Shown piece after piece: positions 18,505 to 27,178 of a stretch of 55,135 nt of DNA. How positions within the stretch are numbered: the first letter of the stretch is position 1; each line of letters opens with the position of its first letter. The notes beneath the pieces were generated by a model. The model saw only the letters and a program-made list of their open reading frames with translations. It was not told where the DNA came from and ran no database searches. The translations under genes and the position numbers were made by a program. Origin of the DNA: a virus (taxonomy: Duplodnaviria; Caudoviricetes); IMG/VR virus record IMGVR_UViG_3300025015_000034, positions 1-55,135 of that record, one strand, 5' to 3'.

Positions 18505-20152
18505 ATGGGTAAATTTAATTTAAATAGTCTATTAAGTGGAAAAAATCCAACAGACGTTCTGTTGTCAGAGACTAGAAAACTTGTGGATAAATGGACTCCA
18601 ACTGGTTTGTTAAAAGGTTTGAAAAATGAAACTGAAATTCGTGGAATGTCAGTTCTATTAGAAAACCAAGCAAGACAGTTGATTCGTGAATCTTCAAGAA
18701 TCAGTTCTGATGGTACGGAAGAATGGTCAGGAGTAGCACTTCCATTGGTAAGAAGAATTTTTGGCGAGATTGCTGCTAAGGAATTCGTTTCAGTTCAACC
18801 AATGAATCTGCCTTCAGGTCTAGTATTCTTCTTGGATTTTAGATATGGTTCAGGTACACAGCCTGGATTCAAGATTGAACATTCATTATTTGGTGGTGAT
18901 ACCGGTAGTGATGGTTTAGCTGGTTTGTTCGGTAGAACAAATGCAGTTAACGGCGGTCTTTACGGCGCTGGAAGATTTGGTTATACAATTAATGATGCAT
19001 ATTCAGGTTCACTGGCTGCAATTCCATTTATTTTAGCATCAGCTTCTTGGGCAGATGTTAACTATGAAGACGGACATATTAGTGCATCAGTACTTGCAGG
19101 TAGACTTCATAAATTTGTATTAACCCTTGGTCCTGATATTGATAAAGAAGGTGTAAGAGCTTTTAGACTTTATTCAGGTTCAGGTGGAGGAAATGACACA
19201 ATATCCAGAATACACTGCAGTTGCTGCAAGTGGTTCAACTACAAGTTATAGAGTGTCATTTATTGTAACAGGTTCAGCATCTCAGTTCCAACTTGGTGCA
19301 ACCGGATCATTAGCAGTTAGATATCACAAACAACCAATAGCATCTGATCGTGGTGACTTTGAAGACTTATCAGTTTCTGGTAGTCGTGCTTTATTAGACA
19401 TACCTGAGATTGACATCGTATTAAAAAGTGAACCTATTGTTGCTAAAACACGTAAATTGAAAGCAGTTTGGACTCCAGAATTAACTCAAGATTTGAATGC
19501 ATATCATTCAATTGACGCAGAAGCAGAATTGACTTCTATGTTGAGCGAATATGTTTCAATGGAAATTGATCTGGAAATCTTATCTATGTTGATTACAAAT
19601 GCTGCAACAACTGAAGTTTGGAGTGCAAGAATTGGATTTGAATTCGATTCAACCAATGGTAACTTTGTACAAACAGCAGTTAATAACCAAGCATATACAA
19701 AACCAACTTGGTACCAAACATTAGGTGTTAAGATCCAAAAAGTAAGTAACAAGATTCATCAAAAAACACTTCGTGGCGGTGCTAACTTTATGGTAGTATC
19801 TCCTGATGTTGCAACTATTCTTGAATCTATTTCTGGATATACAGTTGACACAGATGGTGATAAACTGAGCTTTGCAATGGGTGTAACTAAATCTGGTTCA
19901 TTTGCTAACAGATTTACTGTATATAAGAACCCTTATATGACAAGTAATGTTATATTGATGGGATTTAAAGGTGGAAGCTTCCTAGAATCAGGAGCAGTTT
20001 ATTCACCATTTGTTCCGTTAATTATGACACCTGTTATCTATGACTACGACAATTTTACCCCAAGAAAGGGAGTTATGACTAGATATGCTAAAAAAATGAT
20101 AAGACCGGAATTTTACGGAAGAGTCTTAGTAGCAGGTCTAGAATATGTATAA
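18505..20152 (+). CDS. gp23: major capsid protein, T4 gp23-like, interrupted by one +1 frameshift near 19190
   Basis: LLENQ, PLVRR, VSVQPMNLPSGLVFFLD in ORF 18505..19251; AKTRKLKAVWTPE..QDLNAYH..DAEAEL and TPRKGVMTRYAK in ORF 19184..20152. Confidence 0.92.
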
Positions 20153-20176
20153 TTTATTATAAAATAATAAGTTAAG

Positions 20177-20204
20177 AAAGCTAGTCGAAAGACTAGCTTT
20201 TTTT
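20177..20204 (+). terminator. rho-independent terminator after the capsid gene
   Basis: AAAGCTAGTC-GAAA-GACTAGCTTT-TTTT. Confidence 0.9.
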
Positions 20205-20326
20205 ATGTTCAAAGTTAAACCAATCAAAATTTTATAACTATTAAAGTTTTAATAAAATTATAACAAAACTATATTATTAGAAATTCCAACCATATTTATG
20301 TATATAAATAATTAAAGGAGAATTTT

Positions 20327-22162
20327 ATGGTAAAATGTAATATCTGTAGTAGAGAATTTCAAAATAATAAAGGAATATCCTATCATTTTAGAATAGCACA
20401 TAATTTAGATTATATAAAATATTTAATTGAGAATAAGTTAATCAAAGTACCAAAATGTTTAAATTGCGGCAAAGATATTTTAACTAAAAGAGGTAGAGCT
20501 AAAATACTTAATAATCCATCAGAATTAAAATATTGCTCAAATAAATGTAAACTAACAGGTAAAGAATATAGAAAAAAAATGTCCGTACTTGGCAAAAAAA
20601 ATGCCAAATATATCACTCATAGAACAATATCAGATTCAGAAAAAAGAAAAAAAGCAATTACTACAAAAAAATCATGGGAAGATGATGATGTTAGAGCTAG
20701 TAGAATTAAAAATATGAAATTATATAAAAATACAGAAGAACATAATTTAAATATTTCTAAAGCTCTAACTGGAATAAAAAGAACGGATGAATACAAGAAT
20801 AACATGTCTAAGATAATATCTGATAAATATATTAACGGAGAATTTCTTTCTAATAAAATAAAGTATAATTCTACTAAAAATAATAAATTTATATACTGTA
20901 TGTCTTCTTATGAATTTAAATTCTGTGTTTACTTGGATATGAATGACGACATTATTAATTGGAAATATCAACCATTCTATTTGGTTAGTGAAAAAAATAA
21001 AAGATATATTCCTGATTTTTACTATGAAGATAATAGTGGAAACAAATACTTAGTTGAAATAGACAGATATAAAGGATATAAAGAAAAATATGGTTATAAG
21101 TGGAAATTAGAATTAGCAGAAAAACATTGTAAGGAAAATAATATTATATTTTTATATTTAGATATAAATGATATTAATAACATGTGGATGAAAAAGTTTG
21201 TATTACTTGATATAAACGCGATAAGTTTGTCAAATCAAGAAAACAATGATTTTATATCAAAATATTTATCCGAGTTATTTACATTATCTAGATTAGGTAT
21301 TACAATACCAACACCAGAATTAAATAGTGTAAATTTAGATGATTCTAAAGAACTGGACACTGTTTCGAATAGGAAATTTTCAACAAACAATAGTGAATTT
21401 TTACTATCATTTTATCCCAATTATTGGAATTGCAAGTGGAGATATTCTAGATTTTCTCCAACTCAATCTATAAATTATAAAACTACATTTGAAACTATAT
21501 TAGGTAATTTAATTAAGAGAAATAAAAATATTAATGCTAAAGAAATCATAAAACAGATTAGAGGAGAGAGATATTCTATTTCATTTTTTCCTGATTGTTG
21601 GGCATCTTGGATATATTCGAAATTTTTGCCTAATTCGGGCCAGTTAAATATTTTAGACATCTGTGGTGGCTTCGGAGGAAGATTATTGGGATTTAAACAT
21701 TTTATTGAATCTTATAAAATCACAGATTATAATTATACCTATATAGATATAAATAAAGAAACATGTAAAAATAGTGAAAATTTAGTTAAATATATAGATT
21801 TAAATAATATTAAAATTATAAATAATAGGTTTGAAGTAACAGATGAAATATTTAATAAAAACTATGATTTGATATTCACATCTATCCCTTACTATGATCT
21901 GGAGATATACAATGACATCAATTTAAAAGAAATATATAAAACAGAAGAAATGTTTATCGTCAACTTTATTAATAAAGTATTTGATATAAAGAGTAAACAT
22001 ATCATTTTAAATGTATCTAGTAAATATAGTAAGTTGTTAGAAAATAAATTCATCAATACCAAAGGATATAGGTTAGATAATTTATTGAAAATAGAATTAT
22101 CAAAACACCCGTTTCAAAAGAAAAACAACGTAGAATTGTTCTATGTTTATAAACCAAAATAA
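20327..22162 (+). CDS. zinc-finger/TnsA-like endonuclease fused to an amino-DNA-methyltransferase-like domain
   Basis: C2H2 and CxxC motifs; SSYE..F...LD...RYIPDF...LVEI; ILDICGGFGGRLLG (SAM binding); DLIFTSIPYYDLEIY (motif IV-like). Confidence 0.7.
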   Translation: MVKCNICSREFQNNKGISYHFRIAHNLDYIKYLIENKLIKVPKCLNCGKDILTKRGRAKILNNPSELKYCSNKCKLTGKEYRKKMSVLGKKNAKYITHRTISDSEKRKKAITTKKSWEDDDVRASRIKNMKLYKNTEEHNLNISKALTGIKRTDEYKNNMSKIISDKYINGEFLSNKIKYNSTKNNKFIYCMSSYEFKFCVYLDMNDDIINWKYQPFYLVSEKNKRYIPDFYYEDNSGNKYLVEIDRYKGYKEKYGYKWKLELAEKHCKENNIIFLYLDINDINNMWMKKFVLLDINAISLSNQENNDFISKYLSELFTLSRLGITIPTPELNSVNLDDSKELDTVSNRKFSTNNSEFLLSFYPNYWNCKWRYSRFSPTQSINYKTTFETILGNLIKRNKNINAKEIIKQIRGERYSISFFPDCWASWIYSKFLPNSGQLNILDICGGFGGRLLGFKHFIESYKITDYNYTYIDINKETCKNSENLVKYIDLNNIKIINNRFEVTDEIFNKNYDLIFTSIPYYDLEIYNDINLKEIYKTEEMFIVNFINKVFDIKSKHIILNVSSKYSKLLENKFINTKGYRLDNLLKIELSKHPFQKKNNVELFYVYKPK

Positions 22163-22257
22163 TTTATAATAAAAATAATATAAACAAATTAAAATGTTAT
22201 ATTTGAAATTCTGTTTATGTTTATTATCATAATACGTAAGCTAGGATTAAAATAAAA

Positions 22258-22761
22258 ATGGACACAAATAAAATAATTATATCAAAAGAAGAATCCTTGG
22301 TATGTAAAGTATGTAATACTAAGTGTTATTCTCATATAAATTTACTATTTCATATAAAATCAAATCATAACATAGAAAATTTTGAAAAATATATAATTGT
22401 GTGTTATTTTAACAATGTATACCCTAAATGTAAATGTGGGTGTGGAATAAAGTTAAAATTTAAATCATTAATATGTGGTCCATGGTTTAGAGATTATACC
22501 AAAAATCACTTTCCAAGAAAACCTCACTCACTCGAATCCAAGAAAAAAATTGCAGAAACATACAAAAGGAATTGTACTGAAAAGTATGGAGTTAATAATA
22601 TATTCCAAGTAAAGTTGACTAAAGATAAAATTAGAGATATTAAATTTAAAAGATATGGTAATCCAAATTACAACAATTCAGAAAAAAATAAACAGACCCA
22701 GCACATCAATTATGATAGAATATAGGACTGTGGTAACTTAAAATATGAATTAAAGGAATAA
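22258..22761 (+). pseudogene. internally deleted Hef-like endonuclease remnant
   Basis: Zinc-finger N-terminus joined to YDRI*DCGNLKYELKE*, the C-terminus of the neighbouring gene family, with TAG at the Trp position. Confidence 0.65.
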
Positions 22762-22762
22762 T

Positions 22763-24526
22763 ATGCATAGGTGTAAAATGTGTGAAACTCAAATATCAGA
22801 TAAAAGAACATATTGTTCTAACACATGTAAGTTTTCTGATAAAGATTATAGTTTAAAACGGGGTAATAAAGATAATTTAAATGATAATTCATTAGAAATT
22901 AAATGTTTATTCTGTGAATATAAATCACGTGACATAAATAATTATTCTGGTACATTAACAAGACATTTAAAAGAAAAACATAAGTGGGATTTTGATGCGA
23001 AATATTTTGAAATAATTAAATCTATAAAAAAAGAAACATTAAAATGTCCTCACTGTGATTGGACAACAATAGATATTGAAAATAAATCAGGTATGTTTAC
23101 CAATCATTTAAAAAATAAGCACCATTTGGAACCAAAAGATATTATAGAAAAATATCCAGAAATGAAATCTTTGTGGCAACAATATTTTAAAAAAATTGAA
23201 TATAATAAATTTTTAAGTGAATCAGATAAAAATAGTATTAAATGTGAAATATGTGGAAACTTTTTGAAAAAATTAACGAATTCACATCTTGAGAAACATA
23301 ATATATCTCCGAGCAAATATAAATCACAGTATAGTATAGTATCAACATCTTCTAAATTAACCTGTGAAAAACAATCATTTCAAACTAAAAAATCAAATGC
23401 TAGACTGGTTGAATATTATAAAAATAATAATATAAAAATGCCATGGCACACCAACGAGGCAAATATCAAAAAATTAAAAATTGTATTTGATAAATATTTA
23501 GACAGTATAAGTAATAATTTTGTTATAAATATAACATTTGAGCAGTTTAAAAATCACGAAGAAATTAAATTTAGATGTAAAAAATGTAACTATGAGTTTG
23601 AAACAATTAATAGATACCCAAGATGCTATAGTTGTGAACTGAGATTTAATAGTAAAGAACAAATTGAAATTAGAGACTTCATAAAATCATTAAATTTAAA
23701 TGTTGAAGAAAATAGTAGAAAATTATTGGGAAATGGAATGGAAATAGATTTATTTATTCCAGAAAAAAACGTAGGCATTGAATATAATGGTTTATATTGG
23801 CATAGTGAATTAAATGGAAAAAATAGAAATTATCACTTAGAAAAAACACTATTCGCTAATAAAAATAATATAAAACTAATCCAAATATTTTCTGATGAGT
23901 GGCTATACAAAAAGGATATTGTTAAAAATAGGTTAAAATATATTTTAGGCATATATGATAAAATAATCTATGCAAGAAAGTGCATAATAAAGGAAATAGA
24001 CATTAAATCAAAAAATGAATTTTTACATAATATTCATATTCAGGGAAAAGATTCATCTAAGATTAAGCTTGGAGCCTTTCATAAAAATGAATTAGTTGCA
24101 GTTATGACATTTGGATCTAAAAGAATTGCACTGGGTTCTAAATCAAAGATAGACGAATATGAGCTCATGAGATTTGCAACCAAATACAAGGTTATTGGTA
24201 TCGCTGGTAAATTACTACAATATTTTATTAATAATTATCATCCTAAAAAAATAATAACATATGCAGACAGACGTTGGTCTACTGGTAACTTATATGAGAA
24301 GATTGGATTTTTGAAAACTGGAGAATCTAAACCTAATTATTGGTATGTAAAACGTGATTATGATATTAGAGAATATAGATTTGGTTATAGAAAATCTATT
24401 CTTTTAAAAGAAGGATATAGTTCAGATTTATCTGAGTGGCAGATTATGCAAATTAAAGGCTATGACAGAGTATGGGATTGTGGTAATTTAAAATATGAAT
24501 TAATATTCGAAAATATTAATCTTTAA
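22763..24526 (+). CDS. Hef-like homing endonuclease with multiple zinc fingers
   Basis: EIDLFIP...GIEYNGLYWHSE; YARKC, H.QG, YELMRFA, ITYADRRWS.G.LY...GF, WDCG. Confidence 0.75.
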   Translation: MHRCKMCETQISDKRTYCSNTCKFSDKDYSLKRGNKDNLNDNSLEIKCLFCEYKSRDINNYSGTLTRHLKEKHKWDFDAKYFEIIKSIKKETLKCPHCDWTTIDIENKSGMFTNHLKNKHHLEPKDIIEKYPEMKSLWQQYFKKIEYNKFLSESDKNSIKCEICGNFLKKLTNSHLEKHNISPSKYKSQYSIVSTSSKLTCEKQSFQTKKSNARLVEYYKNNNIKMPWHTNEANIKKLKIVFDKYLDSISNNFVINITFEQFKNHEEIKFRCKKCNYEFETINRYPRCYSCELRFNSKEQIEIRDFIKSLNLNVEENSRKLLGNGMEIDLFIPEKNVGIEYNGLYWHSELNGKNRNYHLEKTLFANKNNIKLIQIFSDEWLYKKDIVKNRLKYILGIYDKIIYARKCIIKEIDIKSKNEFLHNIHIQGKDSSKIKLGAFHKNELVAVMTFGSKRIALGSKSKIDEYELMRFATKYKVIGIAGKLLQYFINNYHPKKIITYADRRWSTGNLYEKIGFLKTGESKPNYWYVKRDYDIREYRFGYRKSILLKEGYSSDLSEWQIMQIKGYDRVWDCGNLKYELIFENINL

Positions 24527-24794
24527 TATTTTGAAATACTCCTATATTTATACTAAATAGACATATTAAGGGAACAATAATAAAACATATTAAATTAAAA
24601 GAAATGATTGTTATAAATGAAGCCAATAGTTATAAAGATTATACTTTATCTAACTGGAGACATCTATTAGAAAAAAATTGGAATTATCTTAAACAAGATA
24701 ATGGAACAGCTAATATAGAAAATATTATAGAACATCTATTAAAAATTGTAATTTCCAATATTTCCTAATAAAAATAATAACGGAGACACACTAA

Positions 24795-25043
24795 GTGGAC
24801 GAAAAACAATTTAACAATATAGACACAATTGTATCTACAGTAGTAGATTTATTAAATTCTATAGATGACCCAATAGAAAAACGATTACTATGTGAAAAGT
24901 TAATTTTTGAAATAATGAATTGGGGACTTGATAACATCTATGAACAGTTGGGAATCTTAGAAAAAATTAAATCTGATTTTATTCATAGTTATTATACTGT
25001 TGAGGAAGATGACGCATCTGAATCCTCTGATGAAGAACTATAA
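24795..25043 (+). CDS. small acidic hypothetical protein
   Basis: GTG start with GGAG RBS. Confidence 0.6.
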   Translation: MDEKQFNNIDTIVSTVVDLLNSIDDPIEKRLLCEKLIFEIMNWGLDNIYEQLGILEKIKSDFIHSYYTVEEDDASESSDEEL

Positions 25044-25048
25044 AGACT

Positions 25049-25633
25049 ATGTATATTAAACATACTACGAAAAAATTGAAAAAACAATGTCCCAATCCTG
25101 ATAATAACTCACGTTGTAAAACAGAAATATTAACCTGTAAATCCAATTTATGTGCAAGTTGTGCTCAATTTGGAAAACCACACTCTGATGAACATAAAAG
25201 AAAAATATCTATGGCAGGATTAGGTAAAAAATTATCAGAAGAACATAAGAGAAACATATCTAAGGCGCAAAAAGGTAAAAAGAAAAAACCATTTTCAGAA
25301 GAAATTAAAAGAAACATTAGATTAGCAGCTATTAAAGTAATAGAGAGAAATAAATTAAATGGAAATCAGCTATACCCTGCTTATAATCCAAGATCTATTC
25401 CTATTATTGAAGAATATGGTAGAACTCACGGTTACTCATTTCAACACGCAGAAAACGATGGAGAATTTTATATTAAAGACTTGGGTTATTGGGTAGATGG
25501 ATATGATAAGATTAATAATGTTGTTGTAGAATATTATGAAAAAGCTCACAAGAAACGAGTTGACAGAGACGAAAGAAGAAAACAAGAAATTATTAATCAT
25601 TTACAATGTGAATTTATAGAAATTAAAGAATAA
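25049..25633 (+). CDS. NUMOD3-family homing endonuclease
   Basis: Cys-rich N-terminus, SEEHKRNIS repeats, family C-terminal domain. Confidence 0.8.
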   Translation: MYIKHTTKKLKKQCPNPDNNSRCKTEILTCKSNLCASCAQFGKPHSDEHKRKISMAGLGKKLSEEHKRNISKAQKGKKKKPFSEEIKRNIRLAAIKVIERNKLNGNQLYPAYNPRSIPIIEEYGRTHGYSFQHAENDGEFYIKDLGYWVDGYDKINNVVVEYYEKAHKKRVDRDERRKQEIINHLQCEFIEIKE

Positions 25634-25684
25634 GATGCTTTACTAAATAATAAAGTTTTTATTAAATAAAACTTCCAACCTCTT

Positions 25685-25710
25685 AGGCTGCTACGAAAGT
25701 AGCCTTTTTT
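25685..25710 (+). terminator. rho-independent terminator
   Basis: GCTAC-GAAA-GTAGC stem followed by a T-run. Confidence 0.7.
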
Positions 25711-25767
25711 ATATTCTGAGTAATATTTTAATTTTACCAATATTTATATTAAATTAAGGGAATCACA

Positions 25768-26274
25768 GTGATTCTATTAAAAGAAATATTGAAAAATACT
25801 AAATATATAGTTTATTGTGACCTGGATTCTGTATTGGCTGATTTTGATAATATGTTTGTTAGCATAGCAGGTGTCAATATTAAGGATGGTTGGTCATTTA
25901 AAAAGAAATATGGAGAAGAAAAATTTTGGAATATAATTAGTAACTATGGTATAAAATTTTGGACAGATATGCCATGGATGTCAGATGGCAGGCAGCTCTG
26001 GAAATATATAATTAGTACTTTTTCTAAAATTAATATATTAAGTTCTGTTCCTGAAGACGACACAGCTCATAGTAGACAAGGTAAAATTGTTTGGTGCAAA
26101 AGGAATTTAGGAAATGTAAATGTTATTTTAGAAAAAAATAAATATAGATATGTATCTAAAAATAGTATATTAATAGATGACCTAGAAAAAAATATAAATC
26201 CTTGGGTATCATCTGGCGGAATAGGTATTTTACATAAATCTACTGGAAATACTATTTCTAAACTTGAAAAATAA
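25768..26274 (+). CDS. HAD-family 5'(3')-deoxyribonucleotidase-like phosphatase
   Basis: YCDLDSVLADF (DxD), ILSS, GK..W, ILIDD..KNI..W...GGIGILH. Confidence 0.8.
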   Translation: MILLKEILKNTKYIVYCDLDSVLADFDNMFVSIAGVNIKDGWSFKKKYGEEKFWNIISNYGIKFWTDMPWMSDGRQLWKYIISTFSKINILSSVPEDDTAHSRQGKIVWCKRNLGNVNVILEKNKYRYVSKNSILIDDLEKNINPWVSSGGIGILHKSTGNTISKLEK

Positions 26275-26275
26275 T

Positions 26276-26820
26276 ATGATAAAACTAGCTAGTTTAGTAA
26301 AAGAAGGTGGTAAACTATTTGGGAGTAGGGCATCTCGTGTTTCTACAGAAGAAATGAATTATGTTTACAATGAATTAAGAAAAAAAGTTGGTAATCAATT
26401 CAAAAAATTTGATTTAAGTAGAGTACTTTCTGCTGAGGGGATCATGGAGATATTGATATAATAGTTCTGGTACCCAATAAAGATCTAAAAACAATAATTA
26501 TGTCATTGGGATCTTATATTCTAGATTATTCAAAAAACGGAGAAGTATATTCATTTTTATATAAATGTGAGAGTATAAATAAAGCTGTTCATGTAGATTT
26601 CATTAAAACATCAGAAGATAATTTTAATAGTAGAAAACAATATTATTCATATAATGATTTTTCTGGCATTGTTGGTATATTTTCTAAAAAATTACATTTT
26701 AAATATGGTTCAGATGGATTTTTCAAGAGATTTAAAGATAAGAGAGGAAATTGGCATGATATTCCAATATCAAACAATTTAATGGATGGGCTTAAAATAT
26801 TAGGATTGAACCCAAAATAA
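26276..26820 (+). CDS. Pol-beta-type nucleotidyltransferase-like protein, frameshifted near the G4 run at 26437-26440
   Basis: Joining the frames gives DHGDIDIIVL and VHVDFI; leader MIKLASLVKEGG; may also be truncated. Confidence 0.55.
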
Positions 26821-26871
26821 CTAAAAAAGAGGCAAAAATGTTTGTTACTACTATTTATAATAAAATAATAT

Positions 26872-27130
26872 ATGTCAACATTTGTGAGGTGGGATGAATT
26901 TTGTCGTTTATGGGACGATTGTTTAAAAAACAATAACAGAGATTACCAGAGGTGGGGCAAAACTACCAGAAGAAACTTTAGAAGCATATAAGGCTTTAGA
27001 TAAAAAGAAAAAGGTTATTAAAGTTATAGTATGGTTTAGGGGTGAAAAATTTGAAGAAGAAAAAGAAGTGAAAGACTATAATATTACTGTGCATGATATG
27101 GAATTATTGACAGAACAATATAATAAATAA
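26872..27130 (+). CDS. small hypothetical protein, apparently frameshifted at the A-run near 26925-26930
   Basis: ATG after a TATTTATA motif; a second frame is open to KKKVIKVIVWFRGEKFEEEKEV. Confidence 0.4.
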
Positions 27131-27178
27131 AATAAACTTAACAAGTAGTCAAATTAAAAATATAGATGGAATATCATA

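Noticed and set aside
24580-24768. Small ORF with a leader-like start (IKHIKLKEMIVINEA) after a promoter motif and RBS
   Set aside because: It begins with ATA rather than a standard start and is short, so it could be a decayed gene. Not supportable as a CDS.
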